From contig NIVC01003003.1 in assembly GCA_002269645.1 (NCBI GenBank), positions 1-64,000 of the forward strand: DNA of 64,000 nucleotides, read 5' to 3'. The notes under the pieces were generated by a model. That model saw only the letters and a list, made by a program, of their open reading frames with translations. It made no database searches and was not told the DNA's origin. The position numbers and the translations under genes were made by a program. Below, piece by piece: positions 63,140 through 64,000 of this stretch (position 1 is its first letter; every line of letters begins with the position of its first letter). The DNA is from Macrostomum lignano. Lineage: Eukaryota.

Positions 63140-64000
63140 GGTATCTGAGTAGATCTGAGTAGATTGTGAGCAGATCTTCGGGTAGATTGTGAGTAGATCT
63201 TCGGGTAGATTGTGAGTAGATCTTCGGGTAGATTGGGAGTAGATGTTCGGATAGATTGTGAGTAGATCTTCGGGTAGATTGTGAGTAGATCTTCGGGTAG
63301 ATTGGGAGTAGATGTTCGGATAGATTGTGAGTAGATCTTCGGGTAGATTGTGAGTAGATAGTCGGGTAGATTGTGAGTAGATGTTCGGGTAGATTGTGAG
63401 TAGATCTTCGGGTAGATTGGGAGTAGATAGTCGGGTAGATTGTGAGTAGATGTTCGGGTAGATTGTGAGTAGATCTTCGGGTAGATTGTGAGTAGATCTT
63501 CGGATAGATTGTGAGTAGATCTTCGGGTAGATTGTGAGTAGATAGTCGGGTAGATTGTGAGTAGATGTTCGGGTAGATTGTGAGTAGATCTTCGGGTAGA
63601 TTGGGAGTAGATGTTCGGATAGATTGTGAGTAGATCTTCGGGTAGATTGTGAGTAGATAGTCGGGTAGATTGTGAGTAGATGTTCGGGTAGATTGTGAGT
63701 AGATCTTCGGGTAGATTGTGAGTAGATCTTCGGGTAGATTGTGAGTAGATCTTCGGGTAGATTGGGAGTAGATGTTCGGATAGATTGTGAGTAGATCTTC
63801 GGGTAGATTGTGAGTAGATCTTCGGGTAGATTGTGAGTAGATCTTCGGGTAGATTGTGAGTAGATAGTCGGGTAGATTGTGAGTAGATGTTCGGATAGAT
63901 TGTGAGTAGATCTTCGGGTAGATTGTGAGTAGATAGTCGGGTAGATTGTGAGTAGATGTTCGGGTAGATTGTGAGTAGATCTTCGGGTAGATTGTGAGTA
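63140..64000. repeat. 23-bp minisatellite running off the right edge
   Basis: Unit GTAGATTGTGAGTAGATCTTCGG. Confidence 0.96.

Noticed and set aside
1-64000. CRISPR-like arrays
   Set aside because: The 20-45-bp units are contiguous with no unique spacers, there are no cas genes, and the DNA is intron-containing eukaryotic sequence.

Overview
This is eukaryotic (animal) genomic DNA with GC-rich exons, AT-rich spacers and about 30 different minisatellite arrays, most of them inside introns. The style suggests a repeat-rich invertebrate such as the flatworm Macrostomum, but that is an inference. Reading splice sites and phases by hand gives six protein-coding loci: (1) the 3' end of a single-pass PPxY membrane protein (+, 3602-4692); (2) a 4-exon USPL1-like gene (-, 11767-5446) that appears to have lost all three catalytic residues; (3) a HOIL-1L/RBCK1 RBR ligase (-, 26574-17576) with an extra 1.37 kb proline-rich exon that ends in its own stop codon and could give an RBR-less, SHARPIN-like isoform; (4) an 8-exon SLC22 transporter (+, 30072-35057); (5) a small signal-peptide/TM protein (-, 36126-35857); (6) an E-protein/daughterless-like bHLH gene (+, 48849 to beyond the window). 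Mobile DNA includes a 5'-truncated, inverted Penelope-like retroelement with a GIY-YIG domain and two minimal hammerhead ribozymes (36423-37995), and a palindromic MITE (16170-16507). There is also a head-to-head pair of TTAGGG-containing satellites inside the bHLH gene. Most long ORFs in the supplied track are tandem-repeat artefacts. No rRNA, tRNA or CRISPR array was found. Homology calls come from recalled motifs, not database searches.
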